Shown: positions 20,236 to 35,580, counted from the stretch's first letter. The stretch is 64,000 nucleotides of DNA from the human T2T-CHM13v2.0 reference genome, Homo sapiens (GCF_009914755.1 NC_060931.1), one strand, 5' to 3'. Notes: generated by a model from the letters alone, not told the origin. Translations and numbers: made by a program.

Positions 20236-20299
20236 TTATACTTTAAGTTCTAGGGTACATGTGCACAACGTGCAGGTTTGTTACATATGTATACATGTG
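20198..20299 (-). mobile_element. Very short antisense L1PA 3' end with (TTTA)n tail
   Basis: ttatactttaagttctagggtacatgtgcacaacgtgcagg; TSD ggccttactctt at 20186-20197 and 20300-20311. Confidence 0.85.
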
Positions 20300-20382
20300 G
20301 GCCTTACTCTTATTGCAAGAATCATCTTCCAGAGTCAGGCTACCTTCTTCCCTACATGATACATTCCTGAACATATCTATAC

Positions 20383-20383
<1 letters not shown>

Positions 20384-20413
<30 letters not shown>

Positions 20414-20440
20414 ATCTATCTATCTATCATTCATCTATCT
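20384..20440. repeat. (TCTA)n / GATA tetranucleotide STR
   Basis: Tandem atct units. Confidence 0.9.
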
Positions 20441-20544
20441 GTATGTATGTATATACATCTATATAAAGCCTTAAGTATGCAAGTCTAGCAGTAGACACAG
20501 ATTATAATGAGAAGTCTGTTTCCAGTGAGCTAAAATCCTGCTGC

Positions 20545-20905
20545 TCAAATAGAATGACAATATCAGGCAAAACCAGGGAGCTTGTCAGAAACAGAATCTC
20601 TGGCCCTCCTCCAGACCTTATTGCATCAGAATCTGCATTGAACATAATTCCAGGTAATTCACATGCACAGCAAAGCTTGGGAAGCACTGAGCTAAAAAAT
20701 ATATTATTAATTATATCTCACCTCATCAACTTTTAGATAGGTGGTCTCCACCTTGGCTATACATTAAAATCACACAGGGGCTTTTAAAAACTACTGACTC
20801 TTGGAGCTTTACCCTAGACCAATGGAAACTGTATCTCTGGGCATTGGTTTTATAAAAATCCGTCCAGGTGGTGCTAACGGACTGCCAAGGTTGAGGACTA
20901 CCGTT
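20545..20905. mobile_element. MER5-type hAT DNA transposon fragments
   Basis: catcagaatctgcatt...aacataattccaggtaattc...gcaaagcttgggaagcactg. Confidence 0.6.
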
Positions 20906-21149
20906 TTAAACTTTATTTCTGGCACCATTTTCCCAATGTTTTATACATCCATTGGGAGACAGCTCTCCTTGGGCCTTTTATATTTCTGCATATCTAGATT
21001 ATTCCAGATGATCTTTTCAAGGTTGTTAGAATAACAAACAACCTTGGAAGATAGACAATATCTCCCTCTGGAGTGAAGGGCAGATTTCTTTACTGTTCCT
21101 TCTAGAGCAAAGGGCAGTTAGGCTCACTGCCTAGTATAAAAAGTTTGGG

Positions 21150-23915
<2,766 letters not shown>

Positions 23916-23918
23916 TTG

Positions 23919-24221
<303 letters not shown>

Positions 24222-27200
24222 GTGAACTTTGATCAAAAAGTGGTAAAACTTTTGCCCACTTTTTCCCAACCAGACATGAGGTTACAGAGGCAGAACCTTG
24301 CTCATAGTGGTGCTCAGTAAATAGCCTTTCGCTCCATAATACATAGCTTTCAAGGACAGTGAAATTCTGCAACATCTATCAACGTGAATTTAAATAAATT
24401 TTAATTTTAAAAATCAGATTGTGCCATCCAGCACTATGTGAGAGAAGAGGTACTTATAGAAACAAAGGCACGGTGGTGTGCAAGTTTACAAAATAAACTG
24501 ATGTAAGAACTCTAGGCAGAATTCTTCAGATTTTTTTATCCTGCACTCCTATAATTTTTTAAAAATCTGGCTTGTCACACCCAACATATGTAATTATATA
24601 TTTATAAATTCTGTACAAATGCCACTGTACTCATATTATATATTTTATAAAACATAAAAATTAAAATAAAAAGGACAGAATAAAAATATAGCTTATAAGT
24701 CTTAATAGTTTCTTCCTTTACCCCCTGGTAGGAATGAATGCCTCACTTTGGAAATCACTGGATTTGATTGAAAATGCTTCTAATTCTCGACTCCGACTTA
24801 CCTTGAGCTGTCTAATAGATCTGAATAATCTCATAAATGAATGCCTGCCTCTTTAAGTAGACCGGATAGACAAACTATGGCCCGCAGATCAAATCTAGCC
24901 TCCATAGCCTCCAAGCTAAGAATGGTTTTTACATTTTTAAATGTAAAAAGACTCTTTAGGCTGGGCACAGTGGCTCGTGCCTGTAACCCCAACACTTTGG
25001 AAGGCTGAGGTGGGAGATCGCTTGAGCCAGGAGTTCAAGACCAGCTTGGGCAACGTAGCAAAACCCTGTCTCTATGAATTTTTTTTTTTTTTAATTAAAG
25101 AAAAAAACAGACTCTTCAGTGAGAACAGTTGCTCTATCTTACCTTCTGGACCCCAAAGCCTAAAATATTTATTTTTTGGCCCTTTCCAGAAAAAAATTTG
25201 TTGGCCCCTGGACAGGGAAAGCATGTGGGTCACCTTTACCTTTCCTCTACATGGTGAGGCCTTTGGAAGCTCTGCACAGGGCTGTAAATGTGGCTCTCCA
25301 GGCCCAAGGGGCTGGCCTTGGCTGCAGCTGCATCCCTTCCTTGGCCTGTAGGTTACCAACCTACTGTCTCACTGGGAGCAGGCCCTCAGCCTGTGCTCTT
25401 GGGCACCTCATGGTGGTCATTAGCTAGGTCCCAGATGACCAGGCATTAGACACCCACCCAGGGAGCCCGCAGCCCCAGCCCACTTCCTCCCAGTATCTCT
25501 GAGGTTTGGCAAGTGACATGTCCTGGCCAGCCGTTCCATAGCTCTTGCTGCCCTGTGGCTGGTCGGGGGGTGTCTGGCCTCCATCCAAACACCCAGCTAG
25601 TGGGGAAGGGGTGGTGTAGTACAGTTGAGAGGAGGCCAGCTGGGTGCCCGGATGGAGACAGCCAAGTGGCGGAGGGTTGCCCAAGAGTCTATCTTCAGCT
25701 GCTGGGCCTACATCTGGGCAGGGGCGTACGTCCTGGGGGAGGGGGAGGCAAGACCTTGGTGTTAGAGGCCTGCATTTGAGGATGACGCCAGGGGAGGTAG
25801 GTCCCTGGTTGTGGGGTGTGAGAGTGAGGTCCAGTAACAAAACATGGGGAGCAGCTCAGAGCAAAGGTTTAGGAGCTCTGGGCTGACGGAGGCACAGCTG
25901 AGCGGAGCAGGCAAGGGTGAAGGTCCTGGATGTGAAGGATTGTTCCCCTAAGATTTGGGGAGTCATTGGAATGAGTAAATCAACAAATCAGTCAACAAAT
26001 AGGTCCTGGGCAGTGGCCTGGCTATACAAAGGGTTTCTGGGATGGTGCAAATGAATATGACACAGCCCCAGCCCACGAAGACTTTGTTTTGAGTTTGCAG
26101 ATGCCTGTAAAGAATTAGAATCTATGGTGTGTGATGGAGGCACAAGGCATGATTAGCTAAACTGGGGAGATGTGGTCAGTAGGCTCAGGTTCCCTGTGGT
26201 GGGTGGCCCCAGACTGGGATTTTGCATGAGAAAGTAAATTTCAAACCTCTAATCCAGAGCGGCATTAACCTACCTTTTAGGCCTTCCATTGTTTTCTTGG
26301 ATTTTTAATATTCCATTTCCTGAAAGCGCCTGCTTGGCATATTCCTGAAAGGTGGGATAAGCCTGTTTTTTTGTTAATTAAATCACATTTTGAGTGCACT
26401 AGGGGAGATTTCATTTTAAGAAACAGTGGCAAATCCTCTCAATAATCAAAGAATCCTTTTAGAAAGGGAACGATGATGCTCCTGTTGTTCTTTTTTTAAA
26501 GATTACACTCGATGTATTTATTTTCCTAAAACACTCAAAGGGGACTTTTGGAGACTAAAACATAATTTAGTTTGGAAGTTTTGTTTGCAGATGTTGGAGC
26601 ACCTCATTCGATCTCTGGAGACCCCCAGGGTGGTCCCCAGCCAGACATGGGAATTAATACCTTCAACAAGGAAGGGATTCAGGGCTAGAATGAGATTTCC
26701 TGCAATCTCCCCATCACGCTTAGTCGAGTTAACTCCTTCACATCTTACCTAACTCAGCTCAAATGTTACTGTTTGGCTGGGTTTTTTTAGCTTTAATTTT
26801 GTGTAATGTGATAAAATATACATAACATAAAATGTACCATTTTGTTTTTAAGTGTAGCGTTCAGTGGCATTAAGTATATCTACACTGCTGTGCAACCATT
26901 ACCACCACCCATCTCCAGGACTTTTTCCTCTTCCTAAACTGAAACTATATCCTCATTAAATAACTTCCCATTTGCCCATTGGCAACCACCATTCTGCTTG
27001 CTGTCTCTATAAGCTGGACTACTCTAGGTATTAAATGCCACTTTTACAACTTCTCTTTAATTTAAAGGGTTACACAGCACATCATATGAAGAGTCAGAGT
27101 TCTACAAGACTTGTTATAAAAAGCAACAGAGTCCTGCTCCTCGCTTTCGTGCCAGGTCTTGCTCTCTGGCAATAACCACATTGAGTTCTTCTAGCCTTGA

Positions 27201-27401
27201 TGCTCAACATTCATAAGACTAGGTAAAGTGCTTACATTGCTACTTCTTGATTTTTCAGTTTTGGGCATTTTGGATTGCTTCTCACTATAAAAAGTAAATT
27301 AACTGCCCCATATTTCCTTTAAAATATGTTTTATTGTGAAGTATATCATACGTACAAGATCCTGTATAAAACTTCAGTGGCTGTTAAAAATAAAATTAAC
27401 A

Positions 27402-27696
27402 GCCGGGCGCGGTGGATCACACCTGTAATCCTAGCACTTTGGGAGGCGGAGGCAGGCAGATCACTTGAGGTCAGGAGTTCAAGACCAGCCTAGCCAACAT
27501 GGTGAAACCCCATCTCTACTAAAAATACAAAATTAGCCAGGTGTGGTGGCAGGTGCCTGTAATCCCAGCTACTAGGTGGCTGAGGCAGGAGAATCGCTTG
27601 AACTTGGGAGGCAGAGGTTGCAGTGAGCCAAGATCACACCACTGCACTCCAGCCTGGGTGATGGAGTGAGATTCTGTCTCCAAAAAAAAAAAAAAA
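27402..27696 (+). mobile_element. AluSx-like
   Basis: Full Alu dimer; TSD aaattaaca. Confidence 0.88.
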
Positions 27697-28026
27697 TTAA
27701 ATTAACACTCTTACCCTATCATTCAGCTTAAGAACAAGAATGTAACATTATTCGAGTAGCCTGCACATGCCCCTCAAATGTACTCCCTTTCCTTTTCTAG
27801 ACAAAACCAGTAATCATGCTAATAATTTTCTTTCTTTTCCTTATAATTACCGCATATGGACATATTCCTAAACAATATACTGTTTTGTGGATGTATATAA
27901 ATGGAAACACAGTGCGTTCTGACTTGGCTTCTTTCGCTCAACATTACATTTTTTGAGGTTCAACCATGTGGATGCATGGCGCTGTAGCTGACTCCTTTTC
28001 TCTGCTCTTTGTATTCTGTTGTATGA

Positions 28027-28320
<294 letters not shown>

Positions 28321-28418
28321 TGATGACATTGAGTTTTCTTATTTAAGAATAGAGTATACTGTTAGATTCGTTTGGAATGTTAGCATTTTCCAATAGTTTT
28401 ATAATTGTCTCCAGGAAG

Positions 28419-28836
28419 TATGGAGGCAAAAGCAACTCCATCTTAGATGCTAATCTGCCATGTTGACTTCTGGTTGCCCCCCGATCGGGGAAGGCCTTGG
28501 GATTTCCAGTTCATTGATCCTTGAGTGGAGTATGTGCTTGCCATGAATCCTGCCCTGGGGTTGGTACAGGCTTGATGCTATCACCCTTCAAAGGTCCTAC
28601 ACATCCCTTTGGAGTTATCCTGTCCCTATGGTGTATGGGCCATGGGTCTCGGCGGTAATGGTGCAGGAATCCACCAGCTTGTCTCACCAACACCTGAGAC
28701 ACAGACATGGCTTCTGCTTGTAAGTCCCTATTAAGTGTTTCTTTCTAAAAAACAGATTTGTCAGCCTCTTTCTTGGACCTCTCAGCTTCCTAAGACTTTG
28801 GGGGCAGGTTTGCATATACCTGCTTACTTCAGAACA
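28419..28836 (+). mobile_element. Solo LTR (LTR47-like)
   Basis: Starts tatggaggcaaaagcaactccatcttagatgctaatc and ends ...ggtttgcatatacctgcttacttcagaaca; TSD ggaag/gggag. Confidence 0.6.
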
Positions 28837-29174
28837 GGGAGGATTGCACATTGCTTGTTAGAATTATTCCTGATTTTTTTTTTAAGAAGGGGTGTCCCAA
28901 GTAGCTGAGACCACAGGTGCATGCCACCATGCCTGGCTAACTTATTTCTATTTTTTTGTAGGGACAGGGTCTCCCTATGTTGCCTGGGCTGGTCTTGAAC
29001 TGCTGTCCTCAAGTGATCGTCCCTCCTTGGCCTCCCAAATTGTTGGGATTACAGGCACGAGACACTGCACGTGGCTATATGCTTTCTTTTATTAGTATTT
29101 ACTTGGAATATCTTTTTTCCATCCTTGACTTTGAGTCTCTCTTTCTTCTTATGTTTTAAGAGTGCCTCTTGTGA

Positions 29175-29495
<321 letters not shown>

Positions 29496-29699
29496 TAAAG
29501 ACACTTTAACTCTGATGACCCACTTGCAGATAACATGCTATTCTTGTCCAGGACTTAAAACTTTGGTGTTAGATGATGCCGGGGAAAATATTTCCTGAGA
29601 TTTCATAACCACAAGTAAGCCCCCGACATGAATTTGTGGTTTAAGTTTATGCTAACTATGCAGTCCCCCAAAAAAATCTTAAATTATTTAATTTAGAGT

Positions 29700-30806
29700 G
29701 GTCGCAGGTTGGTAGTGTCCCCAGCAACTTACAGAAGTAAACGCAAATCTTTTCTGGAAGAACCCACCTTCAACCCAGGCCTCAAGGGATTCTCACAGAT
29801 AAATGTTCAAGGAAAATGATTGGTTCACAGGTATGTGGCATGAGAGAAAATGCACCATGAGTGAGAACCAGCGGAAAGAATAGGCAGCAGAAACAGACTT
29901 AAAACATCTAGGAATTGTAATTATCTAACACAGAATATAAAATATCTGTCTTATACGTTTAAAGAAATAAGAAATTCTAAAATAGATAAGAAATTCAAGT
30001 CATTTGGGCTTGAATCAGAAAAAAAGAATCAAATAGAACTTCCAAAAATGAAAAATGAATATCATATTGCATTGACTATAAAACAGGATCAATTTTATAA
30101 GATGCACCATAATTTTATGTGCCACCTTAGCATTGCAAGATGCCACCAATTGTAAGATGTATCCTGATTTTAGCAGTGTTAAAAATGTGAAAAAAATAGG
30201 TTGCAGAATCAATGAACCGTAGCAATTGAAAGGTAAAACTTCACAGATCAATTAAATTGCAGATTAAACTCAGCCAATGAAGAATCAGGTAACTGGAATA
30301 AAGACAAAAATATTTTTTACTAATAAATTATCCAGAATGTAGCCCAGAGAGACCACACAATGGAAATATAGCAGAATGCTTATGAGTCTTGGGGGCTAGA
30401 ATGAGGAGGTCCAGTCAAAAGTTCCAGATGAAGGTAATAGAGAGGAAAAGGGGCAATGTTTAAAAATATAATGGCTGAGAAATTTGGAAAATAATAGAAA
30501 GCGAGTGACACTCAGATACAGGAATTCAAATGATTCTCAAGCAAGACAAAACAAAAAAAATCCATACCTGGACTTACGATGATAAAACTGTGGAACATCA
30601 AAAGCAAAGAGAAGCTCTTCAAAGAAACCAGGAACAAAGAGAGGTCACCTTCTGAAGAACAGTAAGTCAACAAACATTACCTTTTAGCAGCAAAAATGGA
30701 AGCCAGAAGACTGTGGGATAATATTTTCAATGTGTTGAGAGGAAAACAGTAATCAACTTGGAATTTCTATCCCAAAAAACCCTTTCAAGAATGAGAGCAA
30801 AATAAT
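29700..30806 (+). mobile_element. Old L1M ORF1 remnant
   Basis: aaaatggaagccagaagactgtgggataatattttcaatgtgttgagagg...ctttcaagaatgagagcaaaataa is typical of the L1M ORF1 end. Confidence 0.6.
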
Positions 30807-31115
30807 TCTTTCTTTCTTTCTTTTTCTCTTTCTTTCTTTCTTTCTTCTTTTCTTTCTTTCTTCCTTCCTTCCTTCTTCTTTCTTCTTTTCTTTCTTTTTC
30901 TTTCCTTCTTTCTTCTCTTTCTTTCTTTCTTTCTCTTTTTTCTTTCTTCTTTCTTTATTCTTTTTTTTCCTTTCTTTCTCTTTCCCTCTCTCCTTTCTTT
31001 TTTTTTCTGTCTGTCCTTCCTTCCTTCCTTCCTTCCTCGCTCCCTCCCTCTCTCCCTCCCTCCCTCTCTTCCTCCCTCCCTCCCTTCCTTATTTCTTTTC
31101 TTTTTCTTTTTTTTT
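30807..31115. repeat. ~310-bp polypyrimidine low-complexity tract ((TTTC)n/(TTCC)n/(TCCC)n) attached to an antisense AluJ (31116-31395)
   Basis: Almost purine-free on the + strand. Confidence 0.92.
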
Positions 31116-32140
31116 TGAGATAGGTTTTTGTTCTGTCACCCAGGCTGGAGTATGGTTCTCTGCAGCCTCAAAGTCCTGGGCTCAGTTGATCTGCTTGCTT
31201 GCTTCCCGAGTAGCTAGGACTACAGATGCGTGCCTCACCATGCCCAGCTAATTTTATTTTATTTTTGCAGAGATAGGGTCTCCCTGACTTGCCCAGGCTG
31301 GTCTCGGACTCCTGGGCTCAAGCGAACTCCTGGGCTCCTCCTGCCTTGGCCTCCCAAAGCACTGGGATTACAGATGTGAGCTGCCATACCTGGCCAAAAA
31401 TTTTCAAATAAGTAAAAACAGAAACCTTAACTAAAGGAAGGTTTGAAAAGATAGATTTGAAGCAGAGGGAAGATGATTCTAGATACATGGTACATGCATC
31501 CAGTAGGAAAATCAAGAACACCAGCATTCTGAGAAGATCTCTGAGGCAAAACTTGCTTACCACTTGGGTGTCTGTCTGGCTTTTCCTTCTTTTTGGGATC
31601 TATAGATTCTTATTTTTGTGCCAACCCAGCAATGGCTTTAGAAAGTTGTTACTAAAAATATTTTCTTCTGCATTTGAGTTCTTTCATTTGGGCAAGATTG
31701 CTTAGGTATCTAACCCACCCCACCTGCAGGAAATAAAAGTCCTCCAAAAAAATTTCTAATTTAGGGAAACTCTCCTTCAGTCTATGTGGAGCCCATGTTC
31801 CCCGTCCTCATGGTACAATGTGCCTTTCCCTTGTAACACAAACACCATCTATAGTTTTACACTTATCTGGAGTGAGATGGGCTACCATTATGTCTTGGGT
31901 TTACCAATTATCTTCATGCTATTTAAATTAATTTTCTACTTACGCCTTTAGAAATGTAAGGGCCAGATATGTGTTGCTTTCTATTTTGTTTCCAGACTTT
32001 AGCAAGTGCCTGGAACATAGCAGGTATTCAGAGGACATTTACTGAGTAAATGATTAGGTGAGTAATTAATTATAAGTGAAAAGCCAAAATGAGGTATTAG
32101 GTCAAGCATAGCTATGTGTCTCCGCTTCAAATCCAGCCAT

Positions 32141-32277
32141 AAGCTGATAATTGCAGTTCATAAGTGTGATAATTGGGTGCTCACGCATGCGTGTGTGAGA
32201 TGTGTCACCCTCAAACCTTGTTATGACGTCAGCACATTACCCGTCTAACATGAACTTAGAAGAAGCAAAACCAAAAA
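32141..32277 (+). pseudogene. U13 snoRNA (SNORD13/snoU13) retrocopy with A-rich tail and TSD
   Basis: gcagttcataagtgtgataattgggtgctcacgcatgcgtgtgtgagatgtgtcaccctcaaaccttgttatgacgtcagcacattacccgtctaac is colinear with U13; TSD caaatccagccat at 32128-32140 and 32278-32290; boxes C and D mutated (TGATAA, CTAA). Confidence 0.88.
32224..32231. promoter_or_regulatory. Perfect palindromic CRE (TGACGTCA), candidate CREB/CREM site upstream of CPA5
   Basis: Exact motif, ~0.3-0.4 kb upstream of the inferred CPA5 start region. Confidence 0.55.
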
Positions 32278-32331
32278 CAAATCCAGCCATTGGAGATGGT
32301 GCTTTCAGGGTTGGTGAATTCCCAGAGAACT

Positions 32332-32525
32332 CTGCTGTCCAATATGGTAGCCATTAGCCACATGTGGCTATTTAAATTTTATTTAAATTAATTAAAGTTA
32401 AATACAACTCCAAAATCAATATTCAACCACAATAGCCACATTTCAAGAGGTTAGTGGCTATCCTATTGGGGGGTGTGGACATAGAATATTTCCATTATCA
32501 CAGAAAGTTCTATTGGAAGCTGTGT
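32332..32525. mobile_element. MER3/MER33-type hAT element
   Basis: ctgtccaatatggtagccattagccacatgtggctatttaaattt...cacagaaagttctattgga. Confidence 0.7.
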
Positions 32526-32559
32526 CATAGAATTCTCAAAACTTCCTAACTGCTTCTCT

Positions 32560-32937
32560 CTCTCTCTTTTACTCTTACTCTTTCTCTCTCACTCTCTCTC
32601 TTTTCCCACCCTTAAGCCAAGTACAGGGATAGTTGTCTCATCATTGGTGGCTTAAAATGATGTTTTTGAACAAGAAGACACCCCATGGGTACTTTTGGTG
32701 ACTAGCACTATCTCTGTTTTTTTCCTTTTAAATTCCTGAGCTATTGTTTAGCAGTACACCCTTTTATCTCCATTGCTACTGAAGCTGAATGTTACTTGGG
32801 TGGAAAGCATAACTGCTTTCTTTTCTATGTCCTTAAACCCTTTGATAATGTTACTGTTTGAGAGTCCCTGAAGCCAGGATACTAGAAGAGTCTGGCTTGT
32901 CTGAACAGCTGAACTACGAAATAATGGAGTAGGGCAG
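32560..32937 (+). other. CPA5: Probable CPA5 non-coding first exon (start approximate)
   Basis: Unique sequence after a CT-rich tract, ending at donor CAG|GTGGGT (32937); an alternative donor TGG|GTACTT lies near 32688; transcript boundaries are inferred. Confidence 0.5.
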
Positions 32938-33570
32938 GTGGGTGGGGGAGCAGGGCGTTCTGTCGATAAACGAGCTCCCTTCTTTGCACACATAGCCAGT
33001 TAATCGGGCATTCTGAGATAGTTTGGATGGGGAGGGGGAGCTTCTGAGAATCGCCAGTGACAGTTAAGTGGCCTATTGTTGACGTCCTCTGCTGAACGAC
33101 TTGGTTGGATTCAGCTTCTGCCTTACCCCCACCCCCTATGGATTTTCTGTTAGATTCATCATTTGCCATTCAGGCATCATCTTTCACTTTCTCCTTCCAA
33201 CATGACTGCTTTGTGTGCTGGCCCCTGCTTTACTCCTGCTATTCCCAAACTATAAAGGGAACTGTGTGGGGCTTCAGCAGGACTGAGAAATTGACTCTGC
33301 TGTCTGTTGAGAACTCTAATAATGACTGCGGTGACCTTCATGTCTAGCAGAAAACCCACTGTCTGTGCTAGCACAATGATGACCACCTGAAGACAGAGAA
33401 AAGGGAATCTTGATTGAATTCCTTCTCATACAATATATAGTTATTTCCTTTGTTCTCCTCTCCATTCTCTTCTCTTCCCCTTCTCCCCATCGCCACTGGA
33501 GGACTGATCTCAAATGCAGCTGTGACTAAAAGTTAATGCCTTTTGAATAATAATACATTGCATTTTGCAG

Positions 33571-33628
33571 GCTTTACCAAGCCAATTCACTCAAGTTGTC
33601 TCATCTATACCCCTTCAAACCCTGTGAG
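33571..33628 (+). other. CPA5: Probable CPA5 non-coding 5'UTR exon overlapping a MIR
   Basis: Acceptor cattttgcag|, donor GAG|GTAGGG; 58 nt. Confidence 0.6.
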
Positions 33629-33760
33629 GTAGGGAGGGGAGGTATGATTAACCCCATTTGATGGATGAGTAAACTGAGATTTAGAGATTAGGGCAGCTGC
33701 CCCAGATATTTTAGACGGGAAGTGAGCACCCAGTCTCTGTCTCTAAGCCCAGCGGTGTTT
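33590..33760 (-). mobile_element. MIR SINE
   Basis: ccctgtgaggtagg...attaaccccatttgatggatgagtaaactgag matches the MIR core. Confidence 0.7.
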
Positions 33761-34173
33761 CAATGGCATCCACACCTTATGTGTAAGGAGGATATGGCCC
33801 AGGGAAAGCATGAGTGGGCTAGGGGGAGAAGAAGAGCGAAAGAGAAGATGCTGTAGAGGAGGGAGGAAAGGAGGGGTATCCCAGGGCTGCTGGCTACTTT
33901 GGTCTTTCTCCAGAGATGGATGCTTTGATGCTCACAAGGGGCTGCCCTGGCAAACCTCCTGAGAGAAAAGAAAAGCTAAGGGCCTGTCTTCCTCCTTCTC
34001 TCTTCCCTCTCCCCTTCCCAGGAGAGGATGTGCTGGGTTGGGGAGGGACAGCCCTAGCTCTCCCAAGGCCTGGCATGTGGGAGCCACATGCTGGGTGCCC
34101 CAGACAGCCTAATGCTCATTCTCAGGCCGGGCTTTCCAGCCTCTAGGTGCTGTGCTGTCCTGAGGCCTGGGCC

Positions 34174-34197
34174 ATGGTGCCCAAGGAAAGCCCCTGA
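34174..34197 (+). promoter_or_regulatory. Upstream ORF MVPKESP* in the CPA5 5'UTR
   Basis: GCCATGG Kozak context; TGA at 34195-34197; in frame with the main ATG. Confidence 0.7.
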
Positions 34198-34218
34198 AGC
34201 TCACCAGGAGGAAGAAGC

Positions 34219-34334
34219 ATGCAGGGCACTCCTGGAGGCGGGACGCGCCCTGGGCCATCCCCCGTGGACAGGCGGACACTCCTGGTCTTCAGCTTTATCC
34301 TGGCAGCAGCTTTGGGCCAAATGAATTTCACAGG
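34219..34334 (+). CDS. CPA5: Carboxypeptidase A5 coding exon 1 (signal peptide)
   Basis: ATG 34219, [38 protein letters not shown](G); donor GG|GTGAGT; candidate acceptors at 34125 and 34146. Confidence 0.93.
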
Positions 34335-35498
34335 GTGAGTGGCTGCTCCACAGTGGGAGGGAGGACTGGCTGGGAGGAGGGGACTGGGTGTCCCAGCAGG
34401 AGGTGGCTGCCCCGCTGGTGCCTGATCAAGGTGGAGAGTCAGGATGTGGGTTCCTGTCCTGAACCCACTTCCAGCTCCACAGCCTCCCACTTTCATGCTC
34501 CGGGGCTGGCTCGTTGGTGGTCCTCCCCAAATCCAGAGTTCTTAATCCAGAGTCCAGGAGGAAGCCCCCGGGGCTCCAAGAATCCCCTGAAACCACATGC
34601 AACAGTTTTCCTATACAACAGGGGCTTCTTCGGGGAGGATGCATTCATAGCTTTCCTCCGATTCTCAGAGAAGTTGTAGCCCCCACAAGACTACATACCC
34701 CTACCAAAAATGGATGTGGGTGTCGTTCTCCTTCGAATGACAGGAAGTTCTAGTATTACACGCCAGGCCCTCTGTGGATGTACTTTGAGCCTCTCCAAGG
34801 TCCACAGGTGGATGCCCCACAGTGCTCCACAGTAGAGAAGAGGAGACACAGCAAGCGTAGAGATGGGGTTCCTCACCCACGGTCTCAGAGCCAGCCTGTG
34901 AGGGCACCAACCCCATCCCAGGTGTCGCACCCCAGAGCCCACACCACAGGCGTCTTGGATACGCAACCTCCACTCACCTCCATCGGGAAGGGAAGGAGCT
35001 CAGCTTCCTCCATGTCAGGTGGGGTGAGGTTGTCTGATCTCACCTTCCGGGCGTCGAGACAGACCATGGCCTTGGGGCCCCCTCGCGAAGAGCCCTTGGG
35101 GCCACACTGGTCCCCCCAGCCCCTGTGTCTATTCCTTTCTCCCCTTCATTCCTTTCGTTTTACACATCGCCCCCCTCCCCATTCCTTTCCCTTCCTTCTT
35201 CCCCTGGCTTGGCCTTCAGTCCAGCAGTAGCACTGACAGGCTTTATTTAGCCCCCGGGGTGGTCTGTCCTTGGGGCTGGAGAGCCCACTGGCTCTAGACT
35301 GAAGGACCATGTGCTTCTCAGAGCTGCCTGCGAGTCCTGCCTGCTCAGGGCTCCTTCAGCCTCCACTCATGCGGTGCCTCCTGGCCTCCCCGCCTGGCCC
35401 TCAGCTGGGCCTCTGCTCCACTCTGCCCTTTCCAAGTGACACAGCCTTCCAGGGATCCTTCTCCGCAGCTTCCTCCGCCCCTCCCTGTGTTTTTCTAG

Positions 35499-35580
35499 GG
35501 ACCAGGTTCTTCGAGTCCTGGCCAAAGATGAGAAGCAGCTTTCACTTCTCGGGGATCTGGAGGGCCTGAAACCCCAGAAG
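35499..35580 (+). CDS. CPA5: CPA5 coding exon 2 (pro-domain)
   Basis: ttttctag|[28 protein letters not shown] |GTGAGG. Confidence 0.95.
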
